DNA of 14,654 nucleotides, taken from positions 1-14,654 of IMG/VR virus record IMGVR_UViG_2541047722_000008; one strand, written 5' to 3'. The stretch comes from a virus. Its lineage: Duplodnaviria > Heunggongvirae > Uroviricota > Caudoviricetes. The notes under the pieces were generated by a model. That model was not told the DNA's origin and made no database searches. It saw only the letters and a list, made by a program, of their open reading frames with translations. The translations under genes were made by a program, and so were the position numbers. Positions 7,001 to 13,968 of this stretch are shown piece after piece (within the stretch, counting starts at the first letter, position 1; the number at the start of each line of letters is the position of its first letter).

Positions 7001-8012
7001 AAAGGTGAAAACCGGCAGTTCATCCAGTAAGTCAGTATTAACCTGGCTTGCTGATATGTGCGGTGCCGATTTGTGTGCATACCCGTCTGTATCTGCACTG
7101 GCAGAAGTAACGGAACTGAACAAAAAGACTGTGCAGGACAGCTTACGACACCTGATGGAGATTGGGTTAATTGTTGATACCGGTGAGAGAAAAGGCCGAA
7201 CAAAGCAGATCGTAGTGTACCGACTTATCGGTGTTGAAGAAAGTGTTACCGAGGCTGAATACACCCAAAAATGGGAGTCTTTAAAGGTGGGTAAAATTGG
7301 TACTGTTAATAAAAACAGTACCGAAAATGGCTATGTTTCAGCACAAAACAGACCCAAAAACGGAACTCTTAGCTGCATGGAAAATAACCAAAGACACCCA
7401 AATTTTCCATCAAAGACACCCAAAAATGGATCACGGAACCCAAAGGAACCCAAAGATCTAAACCCCACACATAACACACGCGAGAGTGCTCCGACCAGTG
7501 AGCAGGAAGTTTTGTCGTTACAGGCAGCACCCCCTGTATTCCTGGATGGCCTGAGCGAACCCATCGGAAAATTTCCGATGACCGATAGCTGGTATCCGTC
7601 ACGGGATTTTCGACGACGGGCTGCGTTGTGGGGGATGGCTTTGCCGGAGACAGAATTTACACCTGCTGAACTTGCCGCCTTCCGGGACTACTGGACAGCG
7701 GAGGGGAAAGTGTTTACGCAGATTCAGTGGGAGCAGAAATTCGCCCGTCACGTAAATCACGTCAGGGCGCAGGTTAAACCAGTCAGCAAGGGGGTAAACC
7801 ATGCAGCAGCACCAGGTGGCACCGCATCACGGGCAGTTCAGGAAATTCGGGCAGCACGTGAGCAGTGGGAACGTGAAAACGGATTTATCAGCGACGGAAA
7901 CGGCCTGGAAGCTGTGGGAGCTCATGGGGGAGGTTTATTCGAACCGCTGGACCCAGAAGAATGGGGCCGCACCTTCGAAGCTCTGGATTGCACAGATTGG
8001 CGCGATGACTGA
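6972..8012 (+). CDS. Replication initiator, O-like: N-terminal winged-helix DNA-binding domain plus C-terminal DnaT-like domain
   Basis: In-frame ATG 6972 (MSIDALRWAKK…) preceded by GGGG. N-terminal HTH (…SVSALAEVTELNKKTVQDSLRHLMEIGLIV…); C-terminal region (…FTPAELAAFRDYWTAEG…) resembles the DnaT C-terminal domain. The ORF has good E. coli-like codon usage up to its stop at 8012, overlapping the next gene by 212 bp. The track's start at 6897 is inside the previous gene. Confidence 0.7.
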   Translation: MSIDALRWAKKVKTGSSSSKSVLTWLADMCGADLCAYPSVSALAEVTELNKKTVQDSLRHLMEIGLIVDTGERKGRTKQIVVYRLIGVEESVTEAEYTQKWESLKVGKIGTVNKNSTENGYVSAQNRPKNGTLSCMENNQRHPNFPSKTPKNGSRNPKEPKDLNPTHNTRESAPTSEQEVLSLQAAPPVFLDGLSEPIGKFPMTDSWYPSRDFRRRAALWGMALPETEFTPAELAAFRDYWTAEGKVFTQIQWEQKFARHVNHVRAQVKPVSKGVNHAAAPGGTASRAVQEIRAAREQWERENGFISDGNGLEAVGAHGGGLFEPLDPEEWGRTFEALDCTDWRDD

Positions 8013-8466
8013 GCAGCAAATCCGACAGGTCTGCCGCCAGTGCATGGACCGCTGCCGGGCGGGTGAAACATGGCCTCCGGACCTGGCTGAGTTTGTGGCA
8101 CTGATTTCGGAAAGCGGAGCCAATCCATTCGGTCTGACGGTGGATGCCGTGATGGAGGAGTACCGTCGCTGGCGCAACGAGTCCTGGCGATACGACGGGA
8201 GCGATAAATACCCGTGGTCTCAGCCTGTGCTGTATCACATTTGCCTCGAGATGCGTTCAAAGGGGATTGAGCGGCAGATGACCGAAGGGGAGTTAAAACG
8301 GCTTGCAGAACGGCAGCTGACGAAATGGGCAAAGCATGTTAGTAACGGCCTGAGCGTTCCGCCAGTCCGGCGACAACTGGCGGCCCCCAAACGTCCTGCG
8401 GGACCAACGCCAATTGAGTTGCTGAAACAGGAATATGAACGCCGGAAAGCGGCTGGGTTTGTCTGA
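7801..8466 (+). CDS. Lambda P-like replication protein (helicase loader family)
   Basis: 221 aa from ATG 7801 (AAGGGGG 6 nt upstream). Segments …PPDLAEFVAL…, …YPWSQPVLYHICLEMR…, …TEGELKRLAERQL… align with lambda P (…PSPGQFVAWC…, …YPWKSNAHYWLVTNLY…, …TDAELRRKAADEL…) as I recall it. An alternative start at ATG 8005 (ATGACTGA overlap with the O stop) would give 153 aa. Confidence 0.6.
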   Translation: MQQHQVAPHHGQFRKFGQHVSSGNVKTDLSATETAWKLWELMGEVYSNRWTQKNGAAPSKLWIAQIGAMTEQQIRQVCRQCMDRCRAGETWPPDLAEFVALISESGANPFGLTVDAVMEEYRRWRNESWRYDGSDKYPWSQPVLYHICLEMRSKGIERQMTEGELKRLAERQLTKWAKHVSNGLSVPPVRRQLAAPKRPAGPTPIELLKQEYERRKAAGFV

Positions 8467-8498
8467 TTTGAGAAGTAATTTTTACCGGGAGGAAATTT

Positions 8499-9269
8499 AT
8501 GGAGACTGTTTTTGACGCACTGAAAGCGATGGGAAAAGCCACGTCGGTAGAGCTGGCTGCGCGACTTGATATCAGTCGTGAAGAAGTGCTGAACGAGCTG
8601 TGGGAACTGAAAAAGGCTGGCTTCGTTGATAAAAGCGTATACACCTGGCGTGTGGCTGGCGAAGGTGAATCCGGGGTAGCCGAAGAGCAGCCAGCACAAT
8701 CTGAAGCACCGGATGTGCTAACCAGGGAGGTCGAACGAAAAGTTACCGCTGACATGATGATTGAGTTTATCGGTCAGGAGGGTGCTAAAACGAGTGAGGA
8801 ACTGGCGGGTAAGTTCGGTGTCAGCACTCGCAAGGTTGCTTCCACGCTGGCGGTAGTAACCGCAACGGGGCGGCTGGCACGCGTAAACCAGAACGGTAAA
8901 TTTCGCTACTGCATGCCGGGCGAGAATTTACCAGTAAAGCCGAAAGTCGCATCGGTAACGGAAAATGATGGTAAAGCCTTTCCTCAGCCAGCCGGCGTTG
9001 CGTTACCAGTACAGGAAGCTGCAACACAGGAAGATATTAAAACAGAAACTGTGGCGGACATTGTGCAGTCGTTGCCATCGTTCACCGAAACGCGAGCGGA
9101 TGACCTGATTTTACCATCGCTGCATATGGCAAACCGCGAACTGCGTCGGGCGAAAAATCATGTCCAGAAGTGGGAGCGTGTCTGCGCCGCGCTGCGGGAG
9201 TTGAACAAGCATCGGGATATTGTTCGACAGATTACTGATTTTTCCCGCCGTGTTGCATCGGAAAAGTGA
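8499..9269 (+). CDS. DUF1627-like prophage protein (two winged-helix-like repeats)
   Basis: 256 aa, GGGAGG 6 nt before ATG. Starts [41 protein letters not shown]… with a second similar repeat (…[33 protein letters not shown]…). Resembles a conserved family downstream of replication genes in E. coli lambdoid prophages. Confidence 0.65.
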   Translation: METVFDALKAMGKATSVELAARLDISREEVLNELWELKKAGFVDKSVYTWRVAGEGESGVAEEQPAQSEAPDVLTREVERKVTADMMIEFIGQEGAKTSEELAGKFGVSTRKVASTLAVVTATGRLARVNQNGKFRYCMPGENLPVKPKVASVTENDGKAFPQPAGVALPVQEAATQEDIKTETVADIVQSLPSFTETRADDLILPSLHMANRELRRAKNHVQKWERVCAALRELNKHRDIVRQITDFSRRVASEK

Positions 9270-9284
9270 TTGCCGGAGGCGCTT

Positions 9285-9689
9285 ATGGCAAAAGTATTTA
9301 CACAAGAAGAGCGGGAAAAAATTAAGGGGCAGATTGTTGAACTTGTACGTCTGAGCGGTCGCGAGACGTTACGGCAACTGGAAGCGAAAACAGGTGCGAC
9401 AAGATATCTGATGAGTGTTCTCGCCAGAGAGCTGGTTGCCAGTGGCGATGTATACAATTCTGGCTACGGGTTATTTCCGTCTGAACAGGCTCGTAAGGAC
9501 TGGCAAAACGCCCGCAAAAAACTATCGAGGGCAAAGGCGAAGAAACCGGTTGTGGTTGCTCCGGACCTTATCTGGTCATTACCAGACGGAGAAATACGCC
9601 GCTACGACAGGCGTCAGAACATGATTTGCCGTGAGTGCCGGGAAAGCGAAGTTATGCAGCGTATACTAACGTTCTATTGGGGAATATAG
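9285..9689 (+). CDS. Hypothetical protein (134 aa)
   Basis: ATG 9285 with GGAGG 5 nt upstream (the track's start at 9270 is a TTG). Contains a CRECRE motif near the C-terminus; no family recognised. Confidence 0.55.
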   Translation: MAKVFTQEEREKIKGQIVELVRLSGRETLRQLEAKTGATRYLMSVLARELVASGDVYNSGYGLFPSEQARKDWQNARKKLSRAKAKKPVVVAPDLIWSLPDGEIRRYDRRQNMICRECRESEVMQRILTFYWGI

Positions 9690-9704
9690 CCACTAAATAA
9701 GGTA

Positions 9705-10016
9705 ATGAACCAAATGAACACGGAAAAAGCGAAAACGCAGCTCAGGATAATGCTTGCCGGTCCGGCTGCGAGTTATACGACACATTCACCAGCCATAAAA
9801 AAGGTTCTTGATGAACTGGAAGCCAAAGACAAGCGCATTGCAGAACTGGAGGCAAGGGAAGTCCAGCTACCGGCTGGCTATGAACTTCGATATGGACACC
9901 CGATAAATGCTGATGAGCGCCATGTCATGATACCTAAGGAAAATGGCAGCTGGATTTATCTGGCTGATTTAGAGCGCGCACTACGTGTTGCTGGCATTCG
10001 CATCAAAGGAGAGTGA
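9705..10016 (+). CDS. Hypothetical protein, possibly ead/Ea22-like (103 aa)
   Basis: Central coiled-coil-like segment (VLDELEAKDKRIAELEAREVQL); closely spaced with its neighbours. Family assignment is tentative. Confidence 0.5.
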   Translation: MNQMNTEKAKTQLRIMLAGPAASYTTHSPAIKKVLDELEAKDKRIAELEAREVQLPAGYELRYGHPINADERHVMIPKENGSWIYLADLERALRVAGIRIKGE

Positions 10017-10017
10017 C

Positions 10018-10374
10018 GTGGAAATAAAACCAGAAGATGAGTTAAGTAATATTGTTTTATTTCCGGTAAAAGAAGATGACCCACGTAATCAGGTTAATTT
10101 TCTTTATGAGCCATCGGAAAGACCATATTGCCATCACGCTTCTGTCCGGGTTGATGAAAAAGAGCGTCAGGTCCGCTGTAAAATCTGCGGTGCAGTTGTG
10201 GAGCCGTTTGACTGGATGCTCTCTGTGGCGAAAAGAGAAACCAGACTGGCAGATGATGTAAGGCTATTGCGTCAGGAGGAACGGGAAAGGCGGAAAAATA
10301 TAGAAAAGCTAATTCAGATTGAGCGTAACGCAAAAGCGCGGATACGCAGAGCGACAAAATCCAGAACTGAATAA
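10018..10374 (+). CDS. Hypothetical zinc-finger protein with basic coiled-coil tail (118 aa)
   Basis: GTG 10018 with AGGAG 6 nt upstream, one nt after the previous stop. Motif C-HH…C-KIC-G (YCHHASVRVDEKERQVRCKICG) and an R/K/E-rich C-terminus. Confidence 0.5.
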   Translation: MEIKPEDELSNIVLFPVKEDDPRNQVNFLYEPSERPYCHHASVRVDEKERQVRCKICGAVVEPFDWMLSVAKRETRLADDVRLLRQEERERRKNIEKLIQIERNAKARIRRATKSRTE

Positions 10375-10469
10375 TTAAATTTAGCACTGTTAAAAATTTA
10401 ATCCTTAACCGGAGGGATTTCTGTACCCTCAGAACATCAGGAGGCCGCCTGAAAGGGCAGTAATGAAAA

Positions 10470-11021
10470 ATGACTGAATTAACAAAAGAGCAATTAATCG
10501 AAGAAGCTAAATTTAAAATAGCGATTGCGAAATGCCACCCTAATTCAGAGATGGCACGGGTAGAGGGTGAGTTATTCAAAATTGCACTGGCATCGCTGGA
10601 AGCGGAGCCTGTTGGTGAATTTTATGAGTATAAGCCGGGCGGCTGGTATCAGCATTCGGCTGGAGATAAAGCGCCAAAGTGGATACAACTCTACGCTGTG
10701 CCGCCAGCGCTCGCAGCACCTGAAGGACTGGTTAAAGCAGTGCGCTTTTATGAACAGGTAAAGCGTGAGAATCCACCAGTCGAAACAGGAGCATGGAAAG
10801 ATGCTGTTGATTGGGTACTCAAAGAGGCCTGCTGTGCTGTCATTCTGGGTAAAGCCGACAATCCATTAGCATCCAGTAACCAAGTTGGCGAATTAACAAT
10901 GTGGGTTAAACGACTGGTCAGTCAACTGAAAAAAGCTAATCCAGACTGCAAATTACCGGAGAAGGCGATGGACTACCTGAAGCGGAACGAACTGATAAGC
11001 GCGGAGGATGTTTTGCGATGA
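10470..11021 (+). CDS. Hypothetical protein (183 aa)
   Basis: Long ORF with E. coli-like codon usage, in the same orientation as its neighbours; weak SD; no motif recognised. Confidence 0.55.
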   Translation: MTELTKEQLIEEAKFKIAIAKCHPNSEMARVEGELFKIALASLEAEPVGEFYEYKPGGWYQHSAGDKAPKWIQLYAVPPALAAPEGLVKAVRFYEQVKRENPPVETGAWKDAVDWVLKEACCAVILGKADNPLASSNQVGELTMWVKRLVSQLKKANPDCKLPEKAMDYLKRNELISAEDVLR

Positions 11022-11134
11022 CCTGGCCTGAAGCATTCACAACGGTAGGAATTGCAATGGCGGTGGCGCTGGTGGTGTATTCGATTTGCCGCTGGGGGGA
11101 AGGTATTAAAAAACGCCCCGCACACAGACGTTGA
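11018..11134 (+). CDS. Small single-pass membrane peptide (38 aa), translationally coupled to the upstream gene
   Basis: ATG 11018 overlaps the upstream stop (ATGA). Peptide MTWPEAFTTVGIAMAVALVVYSICRWGEGIKKRPAHRR: hydrophobic helix plus basic tail. Below the length cut-off of the ORF track. Confidence 0.35.
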   Translation: MTWPEAFTTVGIAMAVALVVYSICRWGEGIKKRPAHRR

Positions 11135-11262
11135 GCGCCTGAGATGTGGGGATAGGGAGTTAGTTAAATAGTTGTACAACAATACCTGATTTTATATTGA
11201 AGCAAGAAATAGGTTGCTACATATTGAATCATGCGTGTGTACGTCAAATATGGGAGGTCATC

Positions 11263-11352
11263 GTGCTGGTTCTGAAATGTGCGCTGGCTATTGCGGCAGT
11301 AATGGCAATTTATTGTCTTGTTATCGTTCTTATGAATCACCTCTCTGATTGA
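11263..11352 (+). CDS. Candidate small hydrophobic peptide (29 aa)
   Basis: GTG 11263 with GGGAGG 5 nt upstream. Peptide (V/M)LVLKCALAIAAVMAIYCLVIVLMNHLSD is almost entirely hydrophobic. Ends at the hok promoter -35. Expression unproven. Confidence 0.25.
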   Translation: MLVLKCALAIAAVMAIYCLVIVLMNHLSD

Positions 11353-11359
11353 TTTTATA

Positions 11360-11388
11360 TTGGCGAGGTGACGTGAGTTAAGTAGAAT
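11360..11388 (+). promoter_or_regulatory. Candidate hok mRNA promoter
   Basis: -35 TTGGCG (11360-11365), 17-bp spacer, -10 TAGAAT (11383-11388). The downstream leader (…GCTTGAGGCTATCTGCC…GGCAGATAGAGAAAAGCCCC…) resembles the folded 5' region of R1 hok mRNA as I recall it. Confidence 0.4.
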
Positions 11389-11449
11389 TGCTGCGGGTGC
11401 TTGAGGCTATCTGCCTCGGGCATGAACACCAACGGCAGATAGAGAAAAG

Positions 11450-11520
11450 CCCCAGTTAACATTACGCGTCCTGCAAGACGCTTAACATTAATCTGAGGCT
11501 CAATCCATGCTGAACACATG
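11450..11520 (-). ncRNA. sok: Candidate Sok antisense RNA (approximate boundaries)
   Basis: Minus-strand promoter-like elements: -35 TTGCCT (11550-11545), 17-bp spacer, -10 TAACCT (11527-11522), antisense to the mok SD/start region as in hok/sok loci. A GCGTC/GACGC hairpin and U-rich stretch lie at ~11440-11480. Ends not determined. Confidence 0.35.
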
Positions 11521-11719
11521 TAGGTTAGCCTCTTACGTGCCGAAAGGCAAGGAGAAGCAGGCTATGAAGCAGCAAAAGGCGATGCTAATCGCCCTGATCG
11601 TCATCTGTTTAACCGTCATAGTGACGGCACTGGTAACGAGGAAAGACCTCTGCGAGGTACGAATCCGAACCGGCCAGACGGAGGTCGCTGTCTTCACAGC
11701 TTACGAACCTGAGGAGTAA
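11507..11719 (+). CDS. mok: Mok (modulator of killing) reading frame: N-terminal extension in frame with hok
   Basis: ATG 11507 with GAGG 8 nt upstream; MLNTCRLASYVPKGKEKQA then reads into hok, as I recall for chromosomal mokC/hokC. Confidence 0.55.
   Translation: MLNTCRLASYVPKGKEKQAMKQQKAMLIALIVICLTVIVTALVTRKDLCEVRIRTGQTEVAVFTAYEPEE
11564..11719 (+). CDS. hok: Hok/Gef-family type I toxin
   Basis: 51 aa MKQQKAMLIALIVICLTVIVTALVTRKDLCEVRIRTGQTEVAVFTAYEPEE: the Hok/Gef signature (TM helix, then TRKDLCEV.IRTGQTEVAVF.AYE). AAGGAG 9 nt upstream. Confidence 0.9.
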   Translation: MKQQKAMLIALIVICLTVIVTALVTRKDLCEVRIRTGQTEVAVFTAYEPEE

Positions 11720-11788
11720 GAGACCAGGCGGGGGAGAAATCCCTCGCCACCTCTGATGAGTCAGGCATCCTCAATGCACCCACACTTA

Positions 11789-11820
11789 ACCCGCTTCGGC
11801 GGGTTTTTGTTTTTATTTTC
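11789..11820 (+). terminator. Rho-independent terminator downstream of hok
   Basis: ACCCGC-TTCG-GCGGGT hairpin followed by TTTTTGTTTTTATTTT. Confidence 0.65.
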
Positions 11821-11939
11821 AACGCGTTTGAAGTTTTGGATGGTGCCGGAATAGAATCAAAAATACTTAAGTAGCGCGCAGGGAGAAGAGGGATGGACCC
11901 CGAACAGGGGAGTGCTATTTATCTGGAAGGATTCTGTTG

Positions 11940-12197
11940 ATGAAAATCGAAGAATTACGTGAAATTTTTAGTGAAGATGGCCTCTATACTGTGCGCGTTG
12001 AGAATGGCGCTATTGTCAGCCACTGCCGTATTAAATGTTTACAGTCTCAACAAAGGAAGAGTGGAGCTGCGTTAATTCATTTTGTGGATGGGCTTGTGAC
12101 GGATGGTTTTATTTTGCGTGCAAATGAATTTGTCACATCGTTGCCGTCTCTGAAAAAAGCTGGGATTAAGGCTGGTTTTTCTGCTTTTGAAGATTAG
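11940..12197 (+). CDS. Hypothetical small protein (85 aa), possibly Rem-like by position
   Basis: ATG 11940 (the track starts 3 nt earlier at a TTG), GGAAGGA upstream. Located between hok and the DUF968 gene, where Qin carries rem; no motif recognised. Confidence 0.45.
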   Translation: MKIEELREIFSEDGLYTVRVENGAIVSHCRIKCLQSQQRKSGAALIHFVDGLVTDGFILRANEFVTSLPSLKKAGIKAGFSAFED

Positions 12198-12266
12198 TGA
12201 ATTCATCTACAATTCAGCGCAGGGCTGAACCCCTGTTGAGTAACACTGTGCCACCGGAGAAAGCCG

Positions 12267-12545
12267 ATGGCGCAAAATTCCAGACTACACAATTCTGATA
12301 ATTCAGCCGTCTTTGTCAGCAGGCACGGGCGGCGTTCTCACACATTCAAATATGACTGGTACCAGCATGACCCCTGCACTGAAGAACAGGCCGAATGGCT
12401 GATTCAGAACTACCGCAGACGTGGGTATGTGTTTAGGAAAGCCCTCACCCTCGATTATCGTCTCTGGATAATCTCCGTCAGGCTCCCTTATTCCGAACGC
12501 CCGCCGCGTCCGTCCCGCACATTCCAGCAACGCATCTGGAGGTAA
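12267..12545 (+). CDS. Hypothetical protein (92 aa)
   Basis: ATG 12267 with GGAGA 6 nt upstream; its stop is one nt before the next gene's start. No motif recognised. Confidence 0.5.
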   Translation: MAQNSRLHNSDNSAVFVSRHGRRSHTFKYDWYQHDPCTEEQAEWLIQNYRRRGYVFRKALTLDYRLWIISVRLPYSERPPRPSRTFQQRIWR

Positions 12546-12546
12546 C

Positions 12547-13602
12547 GTGCGGGTATTGCTTCGACCTGTTCCTGTACCGGAACTTGGGCTGGTGGTCCTT
12601 AAGCCTGGCCGTGAATCCATGCAGGTATTTCATAACCCTCGAGTGCTGGTGGAGCCGGAACCGAAAAGCATGCGTAATCTGCCGTCCGGGGTCGTTCCTG
12701 CCGCTCGCCAGCCGCTGGTGGAAGACAAAACATTGCTGCCGTTTTTCAGTAACGCACGGGTGATTCGTGCTGCTGGTGGTGCTGGTGCATTGTCTGACTG
12801 GCTGTTGCGCCATATTAAATCCTGCCAGTGGCCACACGGCGATTATCATCACAGCGAAACCGTCATTCACTGTTATGGTACCGGCGCAATGGTGTTGTGC
12901 TGGCACTGCGACAACCAGCTGCGTGACCAGACATCCGAATCACTCGAGCAACTTGCTCATCAAAACCTGTCAGCATGGATGATTGACGTCATCGGTCACG
13001 CAATAAGCGGTACGCAGGAGCGTGAATTATCTTTGGCTGAATTATCCTGGTGGGCGGTCCGCAATCAGGTGGCGGACGCGCTACCGGAAGCGGTATTACG
13101 TCGTTCGCTGGGGTTGCGTGCGGAAAAAATCCGCTCAATGTACCGTGAAAGCGATATCGTACCGGGAGAGCAGACCGCCACCAGCATACTGAAGCAGCGC
13201 ACAAAAAATCTTGCGCCGCTGCCTCACGCCCACCAGCAAAACCCGCCACAGGAAAAGACGGTGGTCAGCATTGCCGTTGATCCGGAGTCACCGGCTCAGT
13301 ATCTCCAGCGCCAGAAACCACAACGGGAAGAGATGCCTGTATACACGCGCTGGGTAAAAACGCAGAAATGCATGACGTGCGGTAATCAGGCAGATGATCC
13401 GCATCACATCATTGGTCATGGACTGGGAGGGATGGGAACAAAGGCTGATGATTTGTTTGTTATTCCGCTGTGCCGTAAATGTCATAACGAACTGCACGCC
13501 GGGGTAAAAGATTTTGAAGAAAAACACGGCAGCCAGCTGTTGTTGCTGATTCGTTTTTTAATGCACGCGAGAAATTCGGGTGTCCTGAAGTGGAAAGCAT
13601 GA
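12547..13602 (+). CDS. DUF968-family protein with C-terminal HNH/His-Me-finger-like motif (YdfU-like)
   Basis: 351 aa, GTG 12547 with GGAGG upstream. C-terminal motif …CMTCGNQADDPHHIIGHGLGGMGTKADDLFVIPLCRKCHNELHAG… (Cys pairs flanking HH…H…N…H). Position before rusA/Q matches Qin ydfU (~349 aa). Confidence 0.7.
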   Translation: MRVLLRPVPVPELGLVVLKPGRESMQVFHNPRVLVEPEPKSMRNLPSGVVPAARQPLVEDKTLLPFFSNARVIRAAGGAGALSDWLLRHIKSCQWPHGDYHHSETVIHCYGTGAMVLCWHCDNQLRDQTSESLEQLAHQNLSAWMIDVIGHAISGTQERELSLAELSWWAVRNQVADALPEAVLRRSLGLRAEKIRSMYRESDIVPGEQTATSILKQRTKNLAPLPHAHQQNPPQEKTVVSIAVDPESPAQYLQRQKPQREEMPVYTRWVKTQKCMTCGNQADDPHHIIGHGLGGMGTKADDLFVIPLCRKCHNELHAGVKDFEEKHGSQLLLLIRFLMHARNSGVLKWKA

Positions 13603-13968
13603 ATGACTGAACGCATAGAATTTGTTTTGCCTTACCCGCCGACGGTGAATACCTACTGGCGACGTCATGGCAATACGTATTTCATCTCGGAGGCCGGAAA
13701 GCGTTATCGCCGTGATGTGGCGCTAATTGTTCGCCAGCAGCGGCTGAAATTAAACCTGTCCGGAAGGCTGGCGATAAAGATTATTGCAGAGCCACCGGAT
13801 AAGCGCCGTCGTGACTTGGACAATATCCTGAAGGCACCACTGGATGCGCTGACGCATGCCGGACTACTTATAGACGACGAGCAGTTTGATGAAATCAATA
13901 TTGTGCGCGGTCAGCTCGTTCCTGGTGGGCGGCTGGGGATAAAAATCACAGAACTGGAGTGCGCATGA
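13603..13968 (+). CDS. rusA: RusA Holliday-junction resolvase
   Basis: 121 aa with the RusA hallmarks (…LPYPPTVNTYWRRH…, …PDKRRRDLDNILKAPLDALT…, …GGRLGIKITEL…). Start immediately follows the upstream stop. Confidence 0.9.
   Translation: MTERIEFVLPYPPTVNTYWRRHGNTYFISEAGKRYRRDVALIVRQQRLKLNLSGRLAIKIIAEPPDKRRRDLDNILKAPLDALTHAGLLIDDEQFDEINIVRGQLVPGGRLGIKITELECA

Noticed and set aside
8005-8466. Shorter 153-aa version of the P-like gene starting at ATG 8005 (ATGACTGA overlap with the O stop)
   Set aside because: Not adopted as the primary call because it lacks an SD and would be much shorter than lambda P, while ATG 7801 has a strong SD. It remains possible if the upstream overlap is not translated.
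7331-8755. Several minus-strand ORFs (67-154 aa) across the O-like, P-like and DUF1627 genes
   Set aside because: They occur in GC-rich coding sequence opposite well-supported plus-strand genes; translations are Arg/Pro/Ser-rich with no starts preceded by an SD.
10412-10430. GAGGG/CCCTC hairpin downstream of the zinc-finger gene as a terminator
   Set aside because: Only a 5-bp stem and no following T-tract; more likely incidental or part of a promoter region for the next gene.
12303-13527. Minus-strand ORFs (79-142 aa) within the DUF968 gene region
   Set aside because: Antisense to a long plus-strand ORF with a recognisable HNH-like motif and proper SD; no independent support.
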